DNA from: the human T2T-CHM13v2.0 reference genome, Homo sapiens
Assembly: GCF_009914755.1 (NCBI RefSeq)
Contig: NC_060928.1
Direction: 5' to 3' (one strand)
DNA: 64,000 bases
The position numbers were made by a program, and so were the translations under genes. Shown in pieces: positions 53,433-64,000 of this stretch (position 1 is its first letter; each line of letters starts with the position of its first letter). The notes under the pieces are model-generated. The model was not told the DNA's origin, did not search any database, and saw only the letters and a list, made by a program, of their open reading frames with translations.

Positions 53433-55099
53433 AATTTGTGAAACAAACATTCTTTAATTTTAAAGACAGAAGAGCTTTATTTTTATGTAGCAATTTCTGA
53501 ATCATTCAAGGATTTCTTCAAGTAGAAGCTAATGTATTTTCCTGGGTTTTTGAATATCCCATGACAATTTCCTCAGATTATGCTCTTCTGTGCAAGATCT
53601 TTCCAACATACACCATCCTTTTCAACATTTTTATATTGCCTTAAAAATAATGCTAGTGCAGGGAGAAGATCTATTTACTGTATGTATAGATTATATTTGG
53701 GAGACAAGTACTATGTTCATATAAAACATTATTATTAAAAGATTCAATTCTAAACTTAAAGTAAGGAAGCTTTTTCCCCTTACTTTTCATCTTGGGAAAT
53801 GTGAAGTGGTTTGCAATAAGCCAAAGGAAATGAAAGCGTTGATGAGAGAGATAGGCATGTAGGTGATTGATAACAGCCAAGGTTGCCTGCAGGTTATTGA
53901 TGAGCCACACATAGTGCAGCAAACCTGTATTTTATTTCACAAACCATGACATAAAGGTGTAAATGTGTTCCATTAAAATCATATTCCAAATGTGTTTCAT
54001 TAAAACAAGATTTTGCAAGCTATCTAGATGATGTGTAAGTACTTGTAGATAGAATATTGGTATATGTAAACTTTCTCGATGAACAGGTAAAAGTTGTCGG
54101 TATTTTCTTAAATTGGGTATTTGTCATTTGCACAGAGCTTCTCCTTTTAAACAGTAATAAAGGTGGCTACAGATCTCAAACAATAAAATTATGGTAGCCA
54201 TCACTGACTAAATAACTTACTTCAGCCAAAAGAAGACTTAAAGAAAAGCAGTGAATTTAGCAGCTCTCAACTATGCAATCCCATTTGTGTTACATCAAAA
54301 ACAAAAGCATGAATGTGAACAAGAGCAGGACAGTGTGGCAGTTAATAGAATGGTATTCTTATGACAAAGAGAAAGTACTGATTCTTTGTTTTAAAATAAA
54401 GTGTTCTGTTGCTTTGATAGGAAAAGAACCCTGCTATCATATTAAAGTAATTTTGATCTAAGATGTACATGTACATAATAACACTTTCCCACTTCTGTCT
54501 CCCCCTCCCTCACCCTATTTCTCTTTCCCTCCTTCTTGCTATCTCGTTCCTCCCCATATCGTAAATACATAGTGTGGTTGTAGTTATGTAAGAAGCACTT
54601 CTTTGGTTTTCTTAGTACACATAAAATGCATATTACTTTCACTCCCTTCCCAACACATATACGTACTTTCCCTTAATTAAGTGAATTTTAGTTATTAGGG
54701 CAAACAAATAACCTACTAGAGTTCTAAAGATTTCCCAATACTAATGTACAGTCTGGTTTAGGATAAATGAAAACAAGTTGGAAAAAAAAATCTATACAGC
54801 TTTTTTGGTATTATTAGCCGTATAGAAATTCTTGATGAATTACTACCTGATCTAGTTATTTTGTAGTGCCAATGTACTCTTTAATTAAATTAGAAGGTAA
54901 CAACTAGTTTAATCTTTTTATGGAACATTGTAGCTTATTTCTTTCATATTTTTGTTTCCAAATCTTAAAATACCATGAGCATTACACTTCAAAGTCAATA
55001 CTTTAATTAGAGATTATCCTAACCATAAGTATGTTTAATCCTAAAGTGATTACTGTATTTCCATTCCTGAAACTTTAAAAATCACATTTGAAGATATAA

Positions 55100-55300
55100 G
55101 GCCTGATGATAATGATTAGACACTAGGACTTTGAACTGTTATTTCACAATGAACAAGAAAGAAGACTATAAGAAATTAACCACTTAATGACTCAGTTTTT
55201 TTCCATTGTAAAATGGAAAACATAATACCTACCTTATTGTATTTTGATAAAACTCAAGTGGGCATATAACGGAGTAAGTAATATAAAGCACTTAAGGTAA
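55100..55300 (+). mobile_element. MIR SINE
   Basis: ctcagtttttttccattgtaaaatgg..ataatacctacctta..taaagcactta. Confidence 0.7.
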
Positions 55301-56096
55301 TTAACAATGCAGTTAGTGTTGTGGGAAGATGTGTGGAGAAGTGAGGGACAGGTTTGTGAGCAGAAAAAAAAGGCTGATGCAAGTCTATTCACTAGAATAT
55401 ATATCTTGGAACTACACCCAAGTTGCTTCACCTGCTGTCTCTGCTCAGATCAGTGTAATTCATAAATCATGTAATTGAGCACCCAGGTTACCTCTCTTGT
55501 ACTAGTGACTAACATCCCTACATGGAGGACATCAAGAGGGGGGTAAATGTGGAGGCTCTACTGATGGTACATGTGTGAATTGGTTCATTGCTCAGATTGT
55601 TCTCCTGGTCCTAATTATCTATGAAAGGGATCAAGCTTCTGATGTAGAATACAAACATGATCATCAACAATTAAAACCGTCAGTGCATAATCAGTGGGTA
55701 TTTCATTGTTGATATGGTACTTGTCCATTTTGCCTGCTTCGGGGTTATTCTTGTTGAGTAGAGGCATGGAGGATGTGATCCTGGCAGTTCCTGTAGGCAT
55801 CTCACATTTCCACAGGGAGAAAATTAGTTAAAATTTCAAAAGCAATTGCTTTTGTGGGTCCATAAACAAATAAAAAACACAAAACATTTCCTAAATCAGG
55901 AAATAAGCATTCTATGTTCTAATTTGACACCCAGTTTCTTATGTACAGGTCAATATATCTGAGCCTCAGTTTTTCAAACATAAACTCAAAATTATGGATT
56001 TGCTTATCTTTAAGGTCTTGTGTAGGTCCCCAATTACAGCAAAATTTAGCTGTGGCACAAGCAAAAAACACCAGTGACTAATCCAAAGCTTATTAA

Positions 56097-56262
56097 CCTA
56101 TTTATGCCTAGTGTTCCATTATTGGAACGCTAAGCTTGTAGGAGTTATATGTATCCTACTGCTCAAGGTCATCACCAAGGCCTGACTTTTCACAAAAAAA
56201 AATTTGCAAACTTTTTGTGACTTTTCACCAAAAAAAAAAAAAAAAAAAATGGCATAAGTGAG
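56097..56262 (+). mobile_element. MER85 (piggyBac/PGBD3-derived MITE)
   Basis: TTAA TSDs (56093-56096, 56263-56266); TIRs cctatttatgcc / ggcataagtgag; internal gttccattattggaacgctaagc..ctactgctcaaggtcatc. Confidence 0.93.
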
Positions 56263-57572
56263 TTAATGGCTGGCCTGCTCATCTTTGAATCCCTCTTATT
56301 AGGGAAAGAAAGTTAGCTTAAGGCAGATAGACTCAGGCCTCTCAATAATATAACATATTGGCAAATATTCTAGTAAAACCGTGTTCCCATTTACATTATG
56401 CATTGGAAACAATTTTACCTGCTGGCTGGCACTTTCTCTGAAATTGTTAGACCATATATAGTGAATAAAAATGACACTCAACAACTCAGAGTTTAGTAAC
56501 AATGCCCATGTTTACGTATTTTACTGAATTTTTTATCGGAAAAAGTCTGGAAATCTCATGAAAGAGGATTTTCTCTTTGTTGGTTTTTCAAGTACAAAAA
56601 ACTGCAGTAAAATAAAGTCAATGGAAAACAGCCTTTGGCCAGAGACTTTTCTCAGCTTCCTAATTTTAGTCAGCCCAAAAGCTTGTCTTACACAATTGTG
56701 GAAATAGTGACTCTGGCGTTAGACTAATCAAGAACTGTAGAAATAATAGAATGAATAAAATCAGTTATGAAGTGTTTTTGAACTTTCATGTAGGTTTGGT
56801 TTTCAGTTCATCATGGTGATGAAAACTACAGTATGTTTAGATTTTTTTGTAATCTGATTCATCAATCATACTAGAATTCAAGTTATCTGTCCCCAAAATG
56901 TAACTGTCTTTGCCTTTATACCTTACTTCAAAATGTGAGAAGTGTAGAGAATAAATTTCCTATAGTTACATATTTCAACATTTAAAATGGAAATGACTTA
57001 AACTTTTATACTGCTTAAATGATTTCTGTTATTATAGTTACATACTGGTGTAATCAAATACATTTAGGGAAACAAAAAAGCAATGCTTTTCCCTAGGAAT
57101 TTGGTAAAATATGGTGTAGTCACATTCCCTTTTCTAAAAGAAAAAAAATTAAGGAAATAATAACAGGTGCTAGGCTAGGTAAAAGTCTCTTGTGATTATA
57201 GAAATAACGAAGGGTTTAAGTGGGAAAACTCTTAAGTGCTGGAAGTGTTGGAAGAGCAGGCTGAAGATTAGAATTAGAATCCCCACGGGAAAGAAGGAGG
57301 TAAACTCTTTACCATAAATCATCTAGATGCTTAATTTGAAATCAAACATGAACCTGAACATGTGTCATATAATCTGGCTAAGTACACCTGGGTTTTATTA
57401 AGATGGTGTGAGCCAAAGACCACAGTGTTTTAGAAAAGCTTGAGCAGATCCTCTGCTAAAGAGAAAAAAGTACTATGTCTTGCTGTTGGAAAACAAAACC
57501 CATAACCTCAGTGCACCAACTTCAAGTAATTAATGGACTGATCTTCCAAACATGTATACTATATTTGGAAAT

Positions 57573-57820
57573 GAGTATAATGTAGTGTTTAACAGGATGT
57601 ATTTTAGGGTGATATAGTCTCGAGATCAAATCCTGACATCTCCACCACTAGCTGTATGGCTTTATGCAGATTGCTTAACCTCTCATCATTTCAGTATCTT
57701 CATCTGTATGATGAGCACTGTTATAGTTCAATGTTATAGGACTGTTGTTTAAATTAAACACAATGTGTATAAAATTCTTAGTATAGTGCTGGGCACAAAA
57801 TAGAGCCTTAATAAAGAATG
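57573..57820 (+). mobile_element. MIR (near full length)
   Basis: gtataatgtagtg..tcaaatcctgac..ccactagctgtatgg..ttgcttaacctctc..tcatctgta..gtgctgggcaca..aataaa. Confidence 0.85.
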
Positions 57821-58059
57821 ATTGCTTTTGTTTTTATTATAAATTGAGTGTTAATTTTTATTATAAATTGAGTCTGCCATTCAGAACCTTTTAATTCATG
57901 AACAGTTAAGTTCACAGAAACAGAAACATAGCTGTTCTTAATGACATTTGTCACATCCTACCAACTACAGCCCTATAACTCTTTAAGAAGTTTTCATGGT
58001 ACCTTTTGTTAAATTACTTTGTTATCCTTTTGTCCTAATAAAAAATTACAAGTAACTCA

Positions 58060-58806
58060 AATATGACCTTTGTCCACATTTACCAATTGGTTATATGTTT
58101 ACACCACCTGTTCCTCTCCTTTCTTCTCCTTTCCGTTCCCTTCCCTTCCTCTCCCCTCCCCTCCCTCTTCCCTCTTTCCTCATGTATGCACACACATTTC
58201 TATTTATTCCAAAACATTTGGAAGTTGGAGACATAGTGCTGTTTTACATTAAATTCTCCAGCGTATATGTCCCCCAAACAAGGGAATTCCTTTAAATAAC
58301 TTCAGTATAGTCATCAAAATCAGGAAATGTAATACAGTGATACAGTATACAATCCAATCCACTGTCCACATTCCAATTTGATGAATTGTTTCAGTGACAT
58401 TTTTATAGCTATTTATTCCCCAGTCCAGTACCCAATCCAGGATCTTGCATTATATTTTGTTTTCATGTCTCTTTAGTCTTTTTAACTTGGAACAGCCCCT
58501 CAGCCTTTTTTTTTCTCTTGACCTTGAATTCTTTGAAAGTACAGGCCTGTTATTTTATAAAATAAAAATATGTGTTATTTTCTTGTTTTCTCATGATTAG
58601 ATTTTGCTCGTGGGTATTCTGGCAGGAATGGCACTGAAATAATGTTATATCCTTCTCAGTACATCTTATTAGGGGCCACATTATATTAGTTTTTCCAGTA
58701 TTGTTAATAATTAAGATGAAGTTTTTCACAGTATTGACTTGGTTAAGATGAAGTTTTTCAACGTCTTAGTTGTAATTGATGGAGGGATACGTCGATGCAT
58801 AAAATA
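58060..58806 (-). mobile_element. L1MC4/5-like 3' UTR fragment with a CT-rich tract
   Basis: aacaagggaattcctttaaataac..atcaaaatcaggaaat..ccaatccaggatcttgcatt..catgtctctttagtct..tcatgattagatt. Confidence 0.75.
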
Positions 58807-59267
58807 TTAACAAAACTCTAGTCAGGCTCCTCTAAGCCCACTAGACCTCAACCTTGGCATTATCCTTATCAGTCCTGCATCATCCAATTATAGCAAGAAT
58901 CCAGTTACATCAGTTTAGGAAGAATCCCCTTCATGCCCTTATCTGATCACCCTAGGAATCAGATCAAAGTCCTCAATTTCCACCATCCCCCAGGCAATAT
59001 CTGATCACCCTGGCTTGACTTCAGCAAAAATCTCATTAGGTCCAGATAACTAGAATCCCTACCACTACCACCCCTGATGTTTCCTCTCAGTAATTTTCCA
59101 TCCACTGACCGTCGCCCTGTTCCTCAGTTATAAATCCTCACTTGTCCATGTTTTGCTTAGAGTTGAGCCCAGTTCTTTACCTAGGTCTTTTATCCTATCC
59201 TAATAGTTCCTAAATACAATTTGTTTTTACCACTTTAACTACTGTCCAGCTCTGGTTTTCTTTAACA
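58807..59267 (+). mobile_element. MER31-like (ERV1) solo LTR
   Basis: aaactctagtcaggctcctct..tagcaagaatcc..tatctgatcaccct (x2)..ccctgatgtttcctctcagtaattttccatccactgacc..gagttgagccca..tttctttaaca. Confidence 0.82.
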
Positions 59268-59888
59268 ATATGTTAATAATATATTTTGCATCCTTAAAAC
59301 TTGAGTTTATTTTTGAGTGTTTAATGAAGATTGTATTTCTTCAGAGGCCAAATCCTCAACCTAACTCTGGAACATGATGGTAAAAGACTAAGTAAGTCCA
59401 GGTAACAGGGAGTTACTGAATATATTAACTGCCTTGGCAAAGGTATCCTATTGTGATCTTAAAGTCATGTGTTCTTCATTCAAATTTCCCACCTGTGCTT
59501 TTTCATTCATTAATGGGGAAGAAATTTAACCAGATATAGCAATTAGAACTGGGAACCCTGAAAAAATGTGGGAAATTTCTTTCCCTGAGGCTGAATTGCC
59601 ATTTGGAAGAAGTTCTATTATAATAACAACGTTATTCCTTTCTACCCTCCTTATTTACTCTTCCTATGGAAGTAAGTGAATTCCAGTTAGCAAGTTTGAA
59701 AAGAGAAATTTGGAATTCTCCTGCCTTTTACCTCTTTTTGAGAGCAAGCTGCTAACATGAGCCAGACATTCTCCTCTGCAACTTGGCGTGATAAGTTTTA
59801 CAAGGGCAGACCCCAATCCAATATAGAAAGACCTGTGCTTGTTTAGAACTATGACAGAAAAGATAAGTTCAATTCTGGGATACAGTTC

Positions 59889-59958
59889 TAAAAAGCCCTT
59901 TATTGCTATGTTGTAAAAAGCCCTTTATTGCTATGTTGTAAAAAGCCCTTTGTTGCTA
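59889..59958. repeat. 25-bp tandem repeat, about 2.8 copies
   Basis: taaaaagccctttattgctatgttg x2 followed by taaaaagccctttgttgcta. Confidence 0.93.
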
Positions 59959-60089
59959 CACACCTATACCACATTCTCCAAATCATATTTATTAGCAATA
60001 ACATATTCTTATAATTTATTTTGGGCTAGGGATAGAAAAAAATGACATATGGAACAGAATAGAACATACATACATAAATGGAAGTGACT

Positions 60090-60830
60090 TCCTATGGTTT
60101 GGATGTGTCCCCCTAAGGGAGGAGACCACCCCTCATATTGTCTTATGCCCAATTTCTGCCTCCAAAGAAAAAAACAAGTAAAAACTAAAAGGCAGAAATG
60201 AAATCCACAGGCAGATAGCCCAGCACTGCGCACTGGGCCTGGTAGTTAAAAATCAACCCCTGACCTATCTGCTTGTGTTATCTATAGATTTCAGACATTG
60301 TATGGAAAAGCATCACGAAAATCCCTCTCCTGTTCTGTTCCATTCTGATTACTGGTACATGCAGCCCCTGGTCATGGTCACATACCCCCTGCTTGCTCAA
60401 TCGATCACAACTCTCTCACGTGGAACCCCTTAGAGTTGTAAGCCCTTAAAAGGGACAGGAATTGCTCACTCAGGGAGCTTGGTTTTTGGAGACTTGAGTC
60501 CGCCAATGCTCCTAGCTGAATAAAGCCCTTCCTTCTACAACTCAGTGTCGGAGGGGTTCTTGTCTGTGACTCGTCCTGCTACACCCCTAAGTATATGCGT
60601 TGGAAACTTAATCCCCAGTGCAACAAAATTGAGAGGTGGAACCTTTAGGAAGTGATTAGATTGTGAGGTCTCTGCTCTCATGGATGGATTAATGCCGCTA
60701 TCAAGGGAATGCATTTGTTATCCTGGAAGTGGATTTCCTGAGAAAAGGATGGGTTTGGTCCTCTCTCATTCTCTTGCTCTCTCTTGCTGTCTTGCCCTTT
60801 TGCTTTCTACCATGGGGTGACACAGCAATA
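60090..60830 (+). mobile_element. MST (B/C-like) MaLR LTR, interrupted by LTR2 and 3'-truncated
   Basis: ctatggtttggatgtgtcccc | ..gttggaaacttaatccccagtgcaaca..gagaggtggaaccttt..atggattaatgcc..ctaccatggggtgacacagca. Confidence 0.82.
60114..60583 (+). mobile_element. LTR2-family (HERV-E/Harlequin, ERV1) solo LTR
   Basis: taagggaggagaccacccctcatattgtcttatgcccaatttctgcctccaaag..aataaagcc..ctcgtcctgctaca; 4-bp TSD CCCC. Confidence 0.9.
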
Positions 60831-60834
60831 GCAG

Positions 60835-62100
60835 GAAGAAACACACACACATATGAATACTTCCTTTGTGACACGGCTAGTGATGGAAAAATTGGTTGTA
60901 ATATGGGAGATAATAAAATTAGATCCTTAGCTCACACCATATACAAAAATAAATTCCACATTCATCAAAGACTTAATGAAGCACAACTATTAAACTTTTA
61001 GAAGAAATATAGGAAGACATTCTTTAGGACCCTGGGGTACAGATGGGTTTCTTAAGTCACAGAAGAAGAACCTCTAGAAGACTAGCTGATGATTAACGTT
61101 TAAAAATACATTAAAATTAAACTATCTGTTCATGAAAAGATACCATATAATGAAAATATGGGCCACATATAGGTAGATGTAATTTCCAACACATATAATA
61201 AATAAATGGAACCTATAATATATAAAAACATAAATAGGAAAAAGATAAACAAGCCAATACAAAATGAGCCAAAGGCTTGGACAAAAAAATAGAAGAAACA
61301 CAAATGGGCAATAAACAGTAAAAGATGAACAACCTCATTCATAGTTAGGAAATGCAAACTAAAACCACAATTTAATACCACTTCACCATTTTACACATTC
61401 CAATTGTAGAGTAATGGAAACTCAAGTACTATTAATGGGAGTGTAAATTTGTGTAACCACTTTGGCAAACAGTGAAGTGATGTCAAAGTATCCTTGAAAA
61501 TTCATATACTGTTTATTGTAGCAGCTCTACTTCTAGATATATCCCAGAAAAGCTTTTGCACAAACTCAGCAAGAGATACATATAAAAAAAAATTTTCTGT
61601 TAGTATTGCTAGTAAGAATCCATGTACCATTCAACTTCAGTGAGATACTCTTCACATTGTATTCTATATGATAAGCATCTCCTGGATTTGCATGAGTAGT
61701 AGTTAGTCATTTACTTATAATAGAAAAATGACTAACAGCCAAAATGTCTATACACAGTAAAAAGGATATATATGTTTTGTCATATTAATACAGATAGGAA
61801 AATAAATACTCTATAACTACATAAATCAACATGAATGAATATCATTAGTGTAATTCATGAAAAATCTTGTTGCAGTATAATTTCATTCATATACATTTTA
61901 ACTATGCAAAATGACATACCATAGTGTCTAAGGATACAGATGAAACTACAATATGTTATATGCGTAGACACTTAGCATTGTCATGTTCTTGTTTTCTCAT
62001 ATGATGAAACTATAAAGAAGCTATAAACCATAAAAGTTGATGCTTTTAAAATTTATATGGATATAGTTTTATACTTTTTCCAGTAATTGTGGGGTTAATA
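60835..62100 (+). mobile_element. L1ME ORF2 3' part and 3' UTR
   Basis: attagatcctt..cacaccatatacaaaaataaattcc..aacttttagaagaaatatagg..ggaaatgcaaactaaaaccaca..gggagtgtaaattt..aaccactttgg. Confidence 0.75.
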
Positions 62101-62354
62101 GTATGTTTAAAAGAGATAAATTTTATTGTTATTTTAAATTTCAAACATATGTAATTTTTCAAAATAAATTATAAACTTTTTAGCTCTTTTTTTTCTTAAG
62201 CAGCTCATTGAAATGATTTTAAAATCATTTACAGGTATTCTCCTAGTTAAATGTTACATTTTTAGGATAGATGCAATCAGATTTTTATTGTTATAGCTTA
62301 ATCTTTAGCTATTTTATTTAGTGATTTTGCATTAGATAGCAGATGTAAATTCGA

Positions 62355-64000
62355 TTCTATTGGTAATTAAATTAAATATAAATGGCAAACACCAATAAAA
62401 AGCCAGATGGTCAAACCGGATAAAAAAGCAAGGCCCAGCTATTTACACATATACACACACATACACACACAGACACACACACGTAAACACACACTGTCTA
62501 TAGAAGATACATTTTAAATCTAAAAGATATATTAAAAAGATGAAAAATATATCCCATGGAAACAATTATAAGAAAACCAAAGGACCATATTACTATCATA
62601 TTTCATAAAAAGAAATAGTACCAGAGATAGAAATATTTCCTAACAAGTGGATTGAGAAAACAAGAACATGACGATGCTAAGTGTCTATGCATATAACAGC
62701 AATTTCACAGTGCATGAAGCATAAATGATACACCAGGAAGGAGAAACAAAAAAATCTGCAATTATGTTCATATTTCTCTCCCAATAATTTGTAGAATGAC
62801 TAAAGCAGAAAGTAAGAATAAAAAGTCTTAAAAAAATTATCTACCAATCTGATCTAACTGATATTAATAGAAACTTCACTCAACAACAGCGCATCACTCT
62901 TTTTCTCAAGTACATGTAGAACATTGATCAAATGTGCTCCAAGCTATGCCATTAACAAGTTTTAATAAATTGAAAAGAGTTGAATCATACAGAACATGTT
63001 CCCTGACCACAAGGGAATTGTGAGAAATTAATAACAGAAAGATATCTAAGAATCACCATGTATTAGAAAATTAAGCCAGATTTTGCTCCATAAACCATGG
63101 ATTAGAGAAAAAAAATCTATGGAAAGTATAAAATATTTTGAACTGGCTGAAAATGAAACACAATATATCAAGTCTAGCAAAATGTGTGAAATATGGTTAA
63201 ATCAATACTTAGAGGAAAATTTATAACTAACCGCATATATTAAAAATGATTAGTTACCAAAACTTCCAATCTAAGAAGCTAAAAAAGAATTAAAATCAAT
63301 GTGAGCAGAAAAAAGAAAATAATGAATATAGAATCAGAAATAACTTACACAGAAAATGGATGAATATTACAGATAGACTATCAAGAAAATTGTTAACCCT
63401 GTAGCTAGACTGATGAAGAAAAAGGAAAAAAGATATAAATTGTCAATATTAGAAAGGAAAGAGGGGGCAGCACTAAGATCCTACATTAAGAGGGTAATAA
63501 AATAATGTTATAAAAAATTTTATGTCAATGAATTGATCACCTAGATAAAATGGACACATTTCTTGAAAGACTAACAAAATTGACCCCAGGGAAAAAAAAA
63601 ATCTCGATACGTCTCTACTATAGAAGTTTGTAACTGAAATCCTTCCCACAAAGAAAATTCCAGGCCCAGATGACATTATTGCTGAATTCTTGTAAACATT
63701 TAAAGAAAAAAATACCACAAAACTTATTCGCAGGATAAAGAGAACACTTCTCAACTTATTTAATGTGACTGACATAATCCTGACACCAAAACCAAAGACA
63801 ACATAAGAAAAGAAAACCACAAACCTATATTCTTCACAAATATAGGTGGCACAAATATTTTAAACATATTAACAAGTTGCATCATTACCAAGTGATGTTT
63901 ATTCCTGGGATGCAAGGATGGTTTAACAATTGAAAACCAATCAATATATTTTACCATATTCACAGACTAAGAAAACACATACAATCACAATAGACGAAGA
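62355..64000 (+). mobile_element. Old L1M ORF2 (EN to RT), runs off the window end
   Basis: aaaaaagcaaggcccagctat; ctgaccacaagggaatt..gaaattaataacagaaag; ccaggcccagatgac; tttattcctgggatgcaaggatggtttaaca (GFIPGMQGWFN-like motif). Confidence 0.85.
62445..62493. repeat. Imperfect (CA)n
   Basis: acacatatacacacacatacacacacagacacacacacgtaaacacacac. Confidence 0.85.

Noticed and set aside
55615-55800. 61-aa minus-strand ORF in unique sequence (MPTGTARITSS...)
   Set aside because: No recognisable homology or convincing splice signals; the length is expected by chance.
57830-58760. Short duplications tttttattataaattgagt x2 (~57830-57872) and ttaagatgaagtttttca x2 (~58710-58760)
   Set aside because: Ordinary slippage-type micro-duplications.

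Overview
This window is AT-rich, CpG-depleted primate (human-like) genomic DNA. It is intergenic or deep intronic, and most of it is interspersed repeat. I found no credible protein-coding exon, RNA gene, CpG island or CRISPR array; the recognisable ORF-track entries are degraded L1, Alu, MaLR or Tigger1 sequence. Content: many nested L1 fragments (L1ME/MC/MB/MA/PB/PA age classes), five Alus, a full-length THE1C-like MaLR provirus with a perfect 5-bp target-site duplication (TSD), several solo LTRs (THE1, MLT1, MST, LTR16, LTR47-like, MER31-like, LTR2, MER74-group), DNA transposons (Tigger1, MER33, MER44, MER85) and MIRs. The most notable structures are: telomeric TTAGGG repeats at a junction between two truncated elements; a twin-primed (5'-inverted) L1MA; two end-intact L1s that lack the RT region; a rearranged MER85 that keeps its PGBD3-binding palindrome; and a direct/inverted templated-repeat scar. 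Subfamily names come from recalled consensus sequences and need RepeatMasker/Dfam confirmation. I see no evidence of a new multi-gene biological system.
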